From the human T2T-CHM13v2.0 reference genome, Homo sapiens, in the NCBI RefSeq assembly GCF_009914755.1, contig NC_060927.1: DNA of 64,000 nucleotides; one strand, given 5' to 3'. Made by a program: the position numbers and the translations under genes. This document shows, piece by piece, positions 50,502 to 62,930 of the stretch. Within the stretch, counting starts at the first letter, position 1. The number at the start of each line of letters is the position of its first letter. Under the pieces are notes generated by a model, which saw only the letters and a list, made by a program, of their open reading frames with translations, ran no database searches and was not told the origin of the DNA.

Positions 50502-50724
50502 CTCCAGTGGGATTTGGAAGAGCTGAGCAGTGCTGTGCACAAATGTGTAGCTCTGGAGTTTAGTCCTGGGGCAGACCTGTAGCTGAGAAGGCAGGGATGG
50601 GGGTCGCCTGGAGCCATCAACATCCACACCACCTGCTCTTCAGGGCTGCTTCCTAATGTGCCTTTGGGAAGCCAATGTCTCTCCCTAACACACACACAGG
50701 AGCCCACACTTACATCAAAGAGGC

Positions 50725-51170
50725 AATAGAGTGTGGTGTATTATGGCTGGGTTGTGAAGCCAGACTTATCAATGCTACCACTTCCTTGCTATGTGACTTG
50801 GGATAAGATATTTATGTCTGCTGGAACTTAATTTTCTCAGCAGTAAAGTGGGGGATAATAAGAGTACCTGCCTCATTGGTAGTGGAGATTAATGGGTTAA
50901 TGCATGTAAAGCACTTAGGCCCAGGGTGAGGTATGTGATATGTGCTCCATGCATGTCAGATATCACTATTATTATCAGCAGAAAAATAAAATGACTGCTG
51001 AGCCCTCTCTGTGAGCCAGGATCTTTGAATTGATGACCACAGTTGAGTTTGCTTGTAATCATGGGCAGTAGGACCCTCCATGCCTTTATACTCAGGAAAT
51101 GGAGGCTGAGAGAGAGTAAGGCCCTTGCTCAAGGCCACACGGCCAATAAGATGTATTGAGCAGAGCCTGT
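50725..51170. mobile_element. Tail-to-tail pair of MIRs (+ then -)
   Basis: ctatgtgacttgggataag...gtaaagtggggataataagagtacctgcctca...taatgcatgtaaagcacttag (+); ggaaatggaggctgagagagagtaag...ttgctcaaggccacac (-). Confidence 0.7.
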
Positions 51171-54100
51171 GCCCGAGGGCCATGCTGAGGCTGCTATGGC
51201 CTCTGCCAGAAGCCAGGGCCTGAGCTCCTGGGGAGGCCCAGGAGGGAGGGAGGGAGTCTACCATTGGTACCTTGTGTTGTAGCCAATTAGTTATTTGTCA
51301 GAAGCCATCCTTGGGCTTGAAGTCCCTGCACACTGTCAGTGGTATGGAGTGTAAAGCTCCATTTCTTGAAAACTGCATACTCGTCAGGGCCAGTGGTGTC
51401 ACCTTGGCAGGGTTTATAAGGAAAGAAATTGGCCATAATTCTAGTGATAACTTTTATATGAATTTCCTTTATTTCACCTTCCTATGCTATATGTTATACA
51501 TTTGTATAGTGGAGATCACTATGTTTAATTGTTACTAAATATAATGTCACTATTTCTGATGCATTCTGGTACCACTGTTTCATATGTCCTCATATCTTTG
51601 AAAGTTCTTAGCTTGTTGCCATTTTATTGGTTGCATAATATTAAATGTTTTCTTAATTATTATGCAAGTAGTACGTGAAATATATTTTTATTGTGATATT
51701 TTATGCATTGCCAGAAAAGACCAAGTCCTTTTGATCACCCTTCTAATTCTAGTCTGTGGCGCAGAGGTATTGCTGCTTGTTTGTGGATTTATTTTTCAAA
51801 GAGCGTGGTATTTATTCAGTTATAATAGAAATACATGCTTGTTGTGAATAATTAATTCACTATCAGGTAAAGTTAAAGTTTCCTAAAATTCTACTTCCCA
51901 GAGAAAGCCAGTGTTAAGAGCATGCTCTGTGTTCTTTCACCCTTTTTTAATGCACACAAATGCACCACACCCTAATATACACACTTAGGAATAAAAAGCA
52001 CAACAGGCTTCTGTCATAGGCATTGTTTGTTATGTCAGTGTTTTCACTTAGCATGTAGCAGAACCATCTCATACCGATGCCTACCGCTCTCCCCCTCTCT
52101 TCACTCACTGCATCCTGGTCCACAGAAGAGCGCTCCTGCACTCTTGCCCCATCCCCTTATGATCGACAGGCACGTGGTTTCCAGTGTTTTTGGCTATGGG
52201 AAAGTGTGCTGCACAGCATCTCAGCATGTGTGAAGTGGTTTAGGGCTGTTTCTGAATTTCCGGAGGACTGTCACGTGGGCTGAAGATCTGGCGACCAAGG
52301 GCACGTGGGGGATGAGGAGTGAGCCCTGAGCCTGCCTGGAGCTCAGCACAGAGGACCTGGGGCGGTGAGCCAGCAGCGTGGGGTTACCGCCCAGCTCGGT
52401 GCCGCCAGCACCGTGAACCGGGGCACAGCCCTCCCTCTATGCTGCTCAGTGCCATCATTTTCCCCTCCCATGACATACGACAGCAGGGAGTTGAGTGGTT
52501 TGTTTCATCTCTTCTTAAGAAAAAGTTAAATTTATAATCCCAGCCCCGACCTTCCTTGTAACTCATGTGCTCATCCTGTTAACTGGTTTAATATATGGCA
52601 CCACTATTTCATTAAACAACATACAGGAATAATTAGTTCAGCCACGATGCCTCAGAACAAAAGCCCTTGATTTAGTTTAACTTTATAAGTTGCTCTCTTT
52701 TGATGTGCAAGAGCACATCTGGGGTCTTAAAGAAAGCAGAAAGAAAAATAGAAGACGTTCTGGCAGGCTGGGGGTTAGAGTTTTCCAAGCAGAGCCAGTA
52801 ACCCTTTGGTACCAGGCCTCAATAGGGCAGCAAGGGCCCCGCAGAAGCAGTGCGTGCTGCTGGCTGGGGGACGACAGCCAGCATTCCCAGGAGGTCTGTG
52901 GCTGTCTGCTGCCAGGCCAGGAGAACCCGTGGGTTTTCTTCCTTCATACACACGGTGTGCTCACATGCAGTGCGTCCCCAGACTTGTAAGCCTGGCCTGT
53001 TCTCCGCCCCGCTGCTGGAGCTCAGACGCTCACTCTGGCCTTTCCTACCCTCAGCGTGTGCTTGGTGCTGCTGCATGCCAGGCACACTGTGAGAACTGTG
53101 GACATGCTCAGGGATCAGCACAAGGGCCCCTCTGGGGCTGGCGTCCTCTTCCTGTCATTACAGTTTGCTCCGATTTGCTCTGTGCCCAGAGTCTTTTTCC
53201 CCATCAGTCCTCTTTCCACCCGGGCTACCACTGGAGTCGTTCTGACCTTTGTACTTCATCACTCCTCACCCCTGTGTGGCATCTCACGGTATTCATCTGC
53301 CGGCAGAGGAGAGTTCCAGCTCCTTGGCCTGACCCTCGGGCTTTGCACTGCCTGGCTCCTGCCTCAGCTGCAGCCATTTGTGCTCACGTACCATTCTCTC
53401 GCCGGCTGCTGACCAGTTGGGCCCTCTGCAGGCCTCAGGGCCTTTGCCCCCTTCAGCCTTCTGCTCCAGCTGCTCCGTCCATCCACAGGCCTGGCACAGA
53501 TGTCCCCTCCTCTCTGAGGTTTCCTCCCAGTTCCCTGCCAGGTGGTAACCATGGTTCCTTTCTCAGGGCTCCCCCACCCTCCTTGCCACACTGGGGCAGC
53601 TCTTGCCATGTGGGCCATGGGAACTGGTTGTTAGGTGACTGTGCACTCCAGGCAGAGGCAGGATGGAGTTGTGCCTGGTCCCCTGTTTCTCTAGACATGG
53701 CATAGTACAGGGCATACAACAGGCTCTGTGGACAGGAGCCCATCTGGCACAGTGGGGAGAGCCAGGCCGTCAGCCTGCCCTGGCCCAGCACTTGCTGGTG
53801 GTGAGACTGCATGAAGCTTGCATGGCGCCCTCCCGTGATGGACTGCTGTGAGGCAAGGGGGGTTAGAAAGGGTTCAGCCAATGCCCGGAACATAGTTGTT
53901 GCTCGACTAGTGGCAAGTGCTGTCCTTTGCAAAGTTTTGCTGGGACAACTTTCTCATAGACTGTGTTCCAGCTGGTTTTTTAACTGAGGTGGACTGAGTG
54001 ACTGTTTTCCATCTCTGGCTTTTGGTTTCCAGAGAGCCAGGTTGTGCAGTGGGGACAGATGTCCTGGTCTGCCAGCTGCCAGCAGGCAGCAGCCATTAGC

Positions 54101-55714
54101 TCCCTGTCCCACCCGTTCCTGCTCCAGCACATGATGCTCTTCTCCCTGCACCCTTCACCCAGGACAGCAGAAGGTACAGGACCCTTGGTTCTCTCTCCTA
54201 ATTAATGGCAGAGACCCAGTTAGAAATGGCGGGCCCCTCCCTAACCTCTCCACAGCCATTTGTAAGTCCAGCGAGACTGCGGACTGCTGTCCCTGGTGGC
54301 CCTGGTTGCAAGCAGCTCCCTTTGTAACAAAGTCAGTGTCACCTATTTGCCAGCATGGCTGCCCATGGCAAGCCATTCTGGTCTTGCCTGGAGTGTCACA
54401 GACAGTATCCCACTCCTCTTCCTGAGTGGCCGTGTACTAACAGGTAACAGATGGCAGATGTGTAGACGAGCAGCGGTTGATGCCTGGCTTCGCCACCGAG
54501 GGAGCACTTGGGCCAGGCACCTGCGTGTACAGCAGCTCCTTATCCTCACATCACCTGCAGGAGTAAGGCGGTTTTTACCCCATTGTACCATGAAGACTCA
54601 GAGGCCCAGAGAGGAGAAATGACTTGCCGGTGTTCAAGTCCTGGACAGGGTCTGAATCTAGGTTCAGACAGGGTGCAACACATGAAGTTTCTGCCCTTTT
54701 GGCTCCTCGGGAATTCTTCTCAACCATCAGAAAGAGAAAGCCTGGGGATTTTCACACCTGTCCCACCTGGAACATGTTTCATGTTAAGTGCCATTCCTTT
54801 CCCCACTGTGTTTTTCTGAGGTCCTGACCCCCCTCCAACCCCTTGTCCCATTTTCTGTGGCTCCTGACCCTCAAGGCAGAAGTAGCAGGCCAGCGGGCGG
54901 GAGCCAGCTTACCCTGCCTGCTGCCTCACCAGGGGACAGCAGGCTTCAGAGGCTCTCCTGTAATCTCTCTATCCACACAGCCCTCATTTTAATTTGCAAA
55001 ATTGAAGCCAGATCGAGAGCAGTAAAGCCAGAGGATGGTAAATATTCATGCCTCAGTGAGCGAGGGTGGCTCCATTACCGTTCTGAGATTGAGAGAATTA
55101 CCTGGGGGATTATGTATATTCATGGGCCGATTTTTATTTGCGATATAACATGACTCACGTTGGCCTGTGTGTTACAGGTTCTACCCTAAACAGACTTTGC
55201 ACAAAGCGTATGCCCTTAAGCTTCTGAAAGTCATCTCAAGTGGATTGCCCATCGCCTTCTGCCTCCTAGGAGACAGGTCAGAATAATAAGCACACCAGTG
55301 ACCAACCAGGGGTTTCCATGCACTCCTCTCTCTGCCTTACAAGCTGTGGGCACTATTCTTACGTCCAGGTCACAGAGGAGGAGACGATCTGAATGCCACA
55401 CCATGTTCTGTTTATGTGGCTGTCCCTGCACTGTGCTGCCATCCTCTCGACTGCAGGGATGGTGTCTCATTCTGTCCTGTGTGCCCAGAACATAATAGGT
55501 GCTAAGGAAATGGCTGCCAAGGGAGTAGCCCCTCTTGCAGGCCTGCTCTGCAGACACGCTCAGTTCTGCCGCTGGCCCCTGGCGTGTGTACAGCACCTGC
55601 TGCTGGCAGCACAGGTTTGGCCCTGCTGATTGGCTGGGTGTCTGGCTTTAATAGGGGCAGGTCAGTGTTCCTGTTCATAGGACACTGTTTACAGTGTCCT
55701 GCCTCGGTGCACAG

Positions 55715-55861
55715 CAGGAGTCAGCGCACTGCAGCCTGCCACCTGTTTTGATAAATAAAGCACTGCAATGGCAGAGTCAAGTAGTTGCAACAGAGGTTGT
55801 GTGGCCTCCAAAGCCTAAACTGCTTACTGTCACCTTCTCCAGGAGAGCTTGTTGCCCCCTG
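55715..55861 (+). mobile_element. MER58A-like hAT-Charlie element, internally deleted
   Basis: cctgccacctgttttgataaataaag...gcaatggcagagtcaagtagttgcaacagag...tggcctccaaagcctaaa...gcccctg. Confidence 0.75.
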
Positions 55862-56019
55862 GCTTGTAGGCTTCAAGGGCACTGGGGCAGAGCGCCACTC
55901 CTCTGAGTCTTTTCTTGATGCCAGTGCAGCACACAGCTTATCTCTTTTACTTTCATTGTCACCATAATCCAAATGAAGTTGGGATGCTCATCTCCATTTT
56001 ATTGATGATAAAATAGTAG

Positions 56020-56255
56020 CAGTAGTAGTTTTAATCGCTAATTTATATTGAACAACTTCTAATTTTTAAAGATACCATGCTAATCATTTCACGTGGATTA
56101 TCTCAATGTAACCTCACAAATGCCCAATTAGTTAGGTACATTTTCCATTTAAGGGAACTTAGAGAGGTGACATCCCTGGCCTGGGGTCACGTAGCTAATA
56201 TGAAGGATTTGAACCCAAGAAGTCTGACTTGAAAACCTGCCTTCCTAACCACTGT
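56020..56255 (-). mobile_element. MIR SINE
   Basis: gctaatttatattgaac...ttatctcaatgtaacctcacaa...ggtcacgtagcta...ggatttgaacccaagaagtctgact...cctaaccactg. Confidence 0.78.
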
Positions 56256-56429
56256 GTTATGAGGAGAAAAGGTTGCTTGCCATCAATTGCTCATTTACTG
56301 AACTGTTGTTAGCACTGGCAGCGTACCAGGCCCCCTTCTGGGTGTGGCAGATGCAAAGATGAATTAGAGTGACCATTCTCTCGAGGAGGTCCCTGTAGGA
56401 CAAACAAGCAAGGCGGTAGCCACTCCACC

Positions 56430-56690
56430 AGTGTATAAGTGTTAGAACTGGCTTGGCCCTATGAGGAAGATAGGAGGTTTGCAGACTCCTGGACGGGAGC
56501 TTCCTGGGCTCATGCCCCACTCCGTCACTGCTGGACTAGTGGCCTCTGGCTAGTCACCCAAACTCTGGGCCCCAGTTTGGTCACCTGTACAATGCAGGAC
56601 ATAACGGGACCTACCTCTTAGGCTTGCTGTGAGGATTGAGTAGGTTAATCCATGTGAGCTTATAGAACACTGCCCAGTGCTGATGACCTG
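56430..56690 (+). mobile_element. MIR SINE
   Basis: ctctgggccccagtttggtcacctgtacaatg...acctacctcttaggcttgctgtgaggattgagt...tagaacactgcccag. Confidence 0.7.
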
Positions 56691-59600
56691 AGTGGAGGTG
56701 GCGACAAAGGCAGGGATGGCACAAATATGTGTGGGAGGCCCTGGGGGTGCCAGGCAGCCTTGGAAGGCTGCTGAGAGGCAGTGGAGCTTCAGAGAGACTG
56801 GGAGAGGCAGGGTCAGGCAGGCCAAGGTGGGAGACAGGTGGGAAGCTCTGGGGGAGAGTGCTGTGCTCCCGGGATGGGCTGGGGCAAGGAGCTGAGCCAG
56901 GGCCCTGTCAGAGCTGGCTTGGAACTGGCTTTCTGCTTGTGTGTTTTCAGATTTATAATTGCTCTCATGTGCCAGGCTTACATTTTCTGAGAGGGAAGAA
57001 GAGCTGCCCCAGCTGCTGCCAAGTTCTGCCTCCATGAGCTGGCCCTCAGGGGGCAGCCACAGTGGGTGGAGAGGGGGAAGGACCCAGGCAAGGATTTTAT
57101 GACCTGTCCCTCTCCCTTCCTGTTCAGGCCTCTGTCCCAGGCTTCACTCCCCCAGGACAGTCTCTGGGCAGACCACATGGGGTGCATCCTGCTAGCTAGG
57201 ACACTGTCCTGACAGGCTGGAGGGGCCCCTGCTGCCTGCCCAGGCCACGGCACTCCTAGCCTTTCACTATGGGCGCCCGCCTGTCCCTGCACTGGCTTTC
57301 CCCTGCCTACTGTGCCCCTCATCCACCTTCCACCCAGGAAGGGCCTTCCCAGGAGCATGTATTCCATTCAGTAAGATAAGGTGCCAGCACTGGGCTGCCT
57401 GCTGGGTCTGCACTGGTGGCCCATCCTTGCCCCGATGGAATGTCCAGTGCCATGTGGAAGACAGACTTTAAACAACAGTGGGCCCTGTCACCACAAGTGG
57501 TGAGGCTGACCTGAGGAGCAGCCTCTGTGAGAAGACAGCAGGGGTTTAGAGGAGACTGGGGAGCCTCCCGAGGCAGTGAGCTGGGAGCTGAAGATGTCCA
57601 GATTGGCAGTGAGGGGAGAAGCAGTGAGTGAGGGCCAGCGTGGGGGAGCAGCAGTGCTCGTTCACACAGCAGCACCGCTCCTCTCTGTCCCCTCACTGAG
57701 TTTCCATCCTGGTACTCTAGGGCTACTTTGCCTTTCCCCAGGCTGGTACCCCTCTATAGCAGGAGCAGTTTCCCCATGAATTGAGAATCCCCAGTGCCCA
57801 GCTTGGGGCACATGTGTCAAGGAAGGAGCTTGCATTTGTCTCTCCTGGGGCTGTTGCCATGACGGCCCGTCCAGGTTCAAATCCCAGCTCTGCCACCTGC
57901 TGGCTGGGTGATGGCAGGCAAGTGACTGAAGCCAGCATGCCTGCGCCTACTTGCCCTGCAGCTTGTGGAGGGACCGTGTCCCTACCTGGGAGCCCCTCAG
58001 TGTGGTGCCCACATGGGGCAAGTGCTCAGTCAATGTTAGTTGCTGTCATTACTGCTGCCGACATCATCATCACGGTCATCACAATTGTCACCAACTCCCT
58101 CCAGGGAAAGTGTTGCTCCCAAAGGAAGCAAGGCTGACAGCCTGGTGGGGTTTCGAGGCTTTACTCTTGGGCCTTGAGAACCTAAAGACACTAAAGGCCA
58201 CTCATCAGCTTCCTGTGGCATCCGTGGCCTGAATGGGCCCACCTTAGCCCAAAGTCCCATCCGTTAATGCATTGCCAGAACATGTGAGATTGTGAGCCGT
58301 TCAGACATGAGAGTAGCGGCTGAGCTGATGGGGCAGAGACTCAGAGTGGCCCTTAATGGTTGGTCACCTTCCCTGGGCCCTTTAAGGCTTTGGATCCAGA
58401 GCAGGAGGTGCCACAGGGGCAGTGAGAGCTGTGGGAGAGCTGGGGTCTGCAGCCCGAAGCACAGGGGTGGTTTGGACCTTGCTGCCACCCCGTCCCCACC
58501 TTTGCCCCTGCTGGTCCTCTGGTCTTTCTTTGCTTGACTGACATCCAGCTGTCACTTTGTTAGGAAGTACCCTCTGACTCTGCAGATTGGTGGGGGCTGC
58601 TTTTCTACCCCACCCCGGGGCAGAGTATTTCCTGGCATTTTCCCATTCAGAGTATTTGCTTAACATGTTTAAAGTATTTCCATTAACCTTAGCTACAACT
58701 GATAAAGTTTTAAGATATTTAATATTGACACCCCAACCTCAGGGTAATGACTTCTGAATGCATGACAGCTTTTGGGAAGAGCTGTCACATAAGTGGTGTA
58801 TACTGGTTTCTGCACTTAGGGGTAGTTCACATACTTAGTTAGCTAAATCTCTCCAGATAACCAGGAAAACACTTGTCAGCCCTGAGCTTTGCTTGTACCT
58901 TTGGAGGGATCTCTTGCATATGGGAAATGGGAACTGCTGGCAGAAGCCGAGCCTCCTTTTGAGTCCATCTGGTTACCCAAGTTCTTGGAGCCGTTTTCTC
59001 CAGGCGGATTCCCTGAGGGTCAGACACAGTGGAACGAAGGGATCCTCCTTGGGCTGTGGTGGAGCCCATGCCATTCTGTCGGCTCTGGCCCGGAACTGAC
59101 CTTTGTTATTTGAAGTGCTGGAAACAGCATACCTCACTTCACAGGTGCAGTGCTTCCCTGCCCTCCCAGCCCTAGTCTTTTAATTTCACTCTGTCAATCC
59201 TAACACGAATTACTCTTACCTGAGTGTTAGGTGCTGTGCTTGGCCTTGACTTCTCGCCATAGCCCCACGGGTGTTATTATCCCCTTTTTACTAACAAGGG
59301 AACTGGGGTAAAGAGCCCAAAGTTGGCCAGCCAGGAGGCAGTAGAACCAGCCAGCATGATTCGTTCCAGAGCTGGAGCACTTCCTCCCCTGAAGGAGCCA
59401 GCCCCCAGGGCAGATCATGGAGAGTAAACATGACCCTGGAAAATCACTTGGGCGGCTGCCATGTTGAATGCCAGCCCATCCTCTCAGTAGGGTCAGCCTG
59501 TGTTGGAGCAGCCTGGTGTTCCTTCAGCAGAGTGAGGATGCAGGATCAGAAGGTACAGGTGTATCTCTGAGTCTGAGCGCCTCCCCCCCTGTGGCAGGGG

Positions 59601-61249
59601 CTCCCTCAGCTGAGGCTTGCTGCAGAAACCAGACCGTTGAAGGGGCGGTGGGCTCCCCACTGGCCTCCATCTGCTCTGGGGAAGGAGGCACGTGTAGCCA
59701 TGGACACGGACCTCTCACGGCCTGGGTCCCTCAGCTGAATTCATCCTCACCTTGCATACTCTTTGGTCTGGGGCTGGGAGTGGGGTGAATGCTATCATGT
59801 GCCCCAGGGCTGAATGCCGAAGGGCCAGCAGTTGAGTTTTCTACAGTGTCAGTTTTCCCAAGGGCAGTTAATTCCAAACCTCACTTTTATGTTAAAACAA
59901 ACATGAATCTATTATGACATAGAATGCAAAGTTTCCATGAATCTTAAAGTCCAAAACTTGGTATTTCAAAGAATTTCTGTGCTTCTAGCAGTCAGCTTCA
60001 GGGATTTATTCTCCTCTGCCATGGAGTGGGGGGCTTCTCTGTGGGAAAGAGAAACACATCATGCTGTCTTTCAGGACTTCCTGGCCCTCCATGTGTTGGG
60101 GTGTCAGCACACTGTTTGCACTTGAGGATTCCAGGTCCCATGGAAAATACAGATTTCAGGTGGTTCAATGAATGCCTTACTCCATGGAGTTACTAAGCGC
60201 TTTCCCTGAGAGATCCCAGGGAGGAGAGAGAGAGATCCAGGAGGGGAAAGTTGCTCTTTTATTTTCTGATAGCCAACTTCCAACCCATTCCATCCTGCAC
60301 GACAGAAGAGTGCACTTTCTACCAGCTGCTCTGCCCGCCTGTGGGGCACAGTTGTAGGCCTAGGGCTTTGCATGGTCTGGCTGTACCAGGCCCTCAATTC
60401 TTTTTGGTGGAGTTAATTCCAGGTGATTTGTTTGAGTTTAAGATTGAGACACTGAATGTTTCCTTAAAGTTTTAAATATGCTAATACTAAAGGCTAAACT
60501 TGGAAAATGAAAAAGAAGAAATAGAAAAATAGAGAGGAGAAAAACATCCTTAGCACAGGGTAACCTTCCTGTTGCTGTTGCCAGACCTCAAACTCAAGGC
60601 TGCCTCTCCGTCCCAGACAGACTGTACCTTGACCTCTATTTCATGGTTAGAAAGAAGCTTCATAACAAAGAGAGATAACGGCCAGTCCGTGCACTTGTTC
60701 TTCACACAGGCAGGGCAGGCCCCCAACATCCCTCGCTGGCCTACTCTCTGCCTGAAGGTGGGATGCATCATCCCAGAGTGGACCTGGAGCCCAGAGCTGT
60801 CACTGCTCCCCGTGCCATACAGTCTGTGCAGACCCAGCCAGGCTTTTGTTCCTGGGGAAGGGGGAAGGGGGAAGTGATCTCCCTGTTGAGCCTTGCTGAG
60901 GACATCCAAGTTGTCTTTTGTGACAGCTTCCTCACTTTGCTCCAGATTTGGACCCAAGCCTCTGTGCCTCAGGCCCAGCCATTGCTGTGGCCAAATGAGC
61001 TCCCACTTCAGTCAGGCCTTGCTGGGCTTGGGTCTGAGTTTCACCATTTACCAGCTGAGGGGCCTTGGGCAGGCTACTGACTCTCAGTTTCCTCAGGTGT
61101 CAGGTGGTGGTGAGGTTGGAGAGAGTGGTCTCAGGTGCCCTGTAGAAGGCCTGTTCTGCAGCAGGCTCTCCGGGAAGATGTTTGCACGGGGAGGAATTCC
61201 TAAGAGTCTTTGCAGCCTCAGGAGCCAGGCACAACACCGAGCTACAACC

Positions 61250-62930
61250 TGGTGGGATGGTCTTTCTCTTTTAGTTTAGGTATTTCTTTTTGAACCTTTT
61301 CTTCATGTATGAAAGCAATGTGTGATTACTTTAGACATTTTTGTGGAGTATAAAGAAACTGGGAAAAAAAACCTCCCCCTTAACTATAGTTAAGACTGTA
61401 TTTTAAATACATTTTTATACCTTGATTATTGGTTCAGTATTACAGAGAAAACATTTTCCATGCTGATAAAAGTGCTTCATATATTTTATTATGTAACACC
61501 TTGCCTGCTGTTTTATTTAGCCATTCCTCTATTGTTAGGCAGCTAGATTGTCTCCATCTTTTGCCTATCCTAAATAAGGTGAATATTTTATCATACTAAG
61601 GTGAATATTTCCAGTGATCCACCTTTGACTTTTGGAGAGTTTCCCTGAGGTGGAATTCTTGGACAAGAAATGTAGAAATGATGAGAGCATTCCAGAAAGG
61701 CTGGACCAGTGTGATCTTGTGTGGTGCTGGGGGAGCATCTGGAGGGGGTGTTGAGGGATAGAAGCATGAGGGGTTTGTCATTGTCTCCAGACAACTGCAG
61801 TGAGGAACAGATGCTTGCCCCCAGGCACCTCAGAGTTAGGGCTGGTGCGCTCAAGTTTAGTACAAAATATATTGGTGTCTTCAGAGTGCCTGGCTCCTGG
61901 GCCCAGCCTGTGGTGCCCTCCTGCTCTCTGGCTGCTGGGCCAGGCACTGCGTGAAGCTTGGATTGCACCTCACACTTTACTGCATTGCCCTTTTTATTTT
62001 GTGGAGAACTGAGAGACTCCCACCATCTCTTTTGCCCACCCCATCTTGGCAGGTGGTACAGCTGTTTCTGTAGATGGAGGGAAAAGATAGTCTCCCATCC
62101 TGGGCCAGTTACCTCAGCAAGGAGCACCTCGATTTTCTCATGTGGGTTGGGCATTCTGGCTTCTCATCTTATGGTGGTGGCTTCCAGGTGTTGCTGGGGA
62201 AGGCGAGACTCAAGCCAGCAGTGTGACAGACCCAGCCAGGAGGCTCAGAAGTGCTTCTCTTCCTCCCAGCACCTGACCCCTCCATTTCCTCCTCTCAGCC
62301 CAGGGCTGGCCTCCCCCAGAGTCTGCCTCAGAGTAGACTGTCAGTCTGTATTGAGTAAACTGATTGGAACTGGATTCTATTACATTTAATTGACTAGAAA
62401 ATCTGTCTTTTTATTCTTAAATAGTTAAGTTTTAATCACACAATCAATTCATGAATTTCCTGTAGCAAAACTGAAACCTTTCAGTTAAGGGAAAAGGAGG
62501 CCTGTTGCATCACATCCCATCCTGGCCTCTCATCTAGAGGAGATCCTGTTAATTCTTTTGGGTTTAACCTTCCAAACCCTTGTTCTATGCGCTGTGCTCA
62601 CAGAAATGCACAGCACTGTTGTGTAAATGTGTGAATGTGTGGCATCATATTCTGAGCAGTGTTTGCACTTTTCTGGCCATGCCCCACATGGATTCTCAGA
62701 GACCTTGCCTCATCACTACACACAGAGCTACCACACTGCCTGCCCCCACGTGTGCTCATCAGTGTGGACACCTCATGTCACACATCGCCATGTCCCCACT
62801 GATGGACTTTCAGACTGCTGCCCTGTCTTTGTGATTATTCCCTGTGCTGCACTGACCATCTTCTTGTGTACACCTGCACAGCGCTCTCCTGGGAGGTATC
62901 AAGAACTCTGCCTCAGACCTGCCCTGGCAC
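61250..62930 (-). mobile_element. Two highly decayed L1ME-type 3' fragments (about 61.25-61.7 kb and 62.4-62.9 kb)
   Basis: tttatttagccattcctctattgttaggcagctagattgtctcca and tccccactgatggactttcagactg...gctgcactgaccatcttc resemble antisense L1ME 3' ends. Confidence 0.5.

Noticed and set aside
50725-51170. Opposed MIR pairs (also 42298-42540) as miRNA-like hairpins
   Set aside because: The arms are too diverged from each other to form a long continuous stem by eye.
51391-51577. Possible MITE with CAGTGGT...ACCACTG terminal inverted repeats
   Set aside because: The 8-bp flanks (gtcagggc / tttcatat) do not form a TSD and I could not assign a family.
52806-53705. Longest ORF in the track (299 aa), and similar ones at 11003-11716(-), 15082-15717(+), 16081-16674(-), 17452-18051(-) and 61591-62154(-)
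   Set aside because: Pro/Ser/Cys/Trp-rich with no recognisable domain, several with non-ATG starts or overlapping L2/MER20 remnants. Such ORFs are expected by chance in GC-rich DNA.
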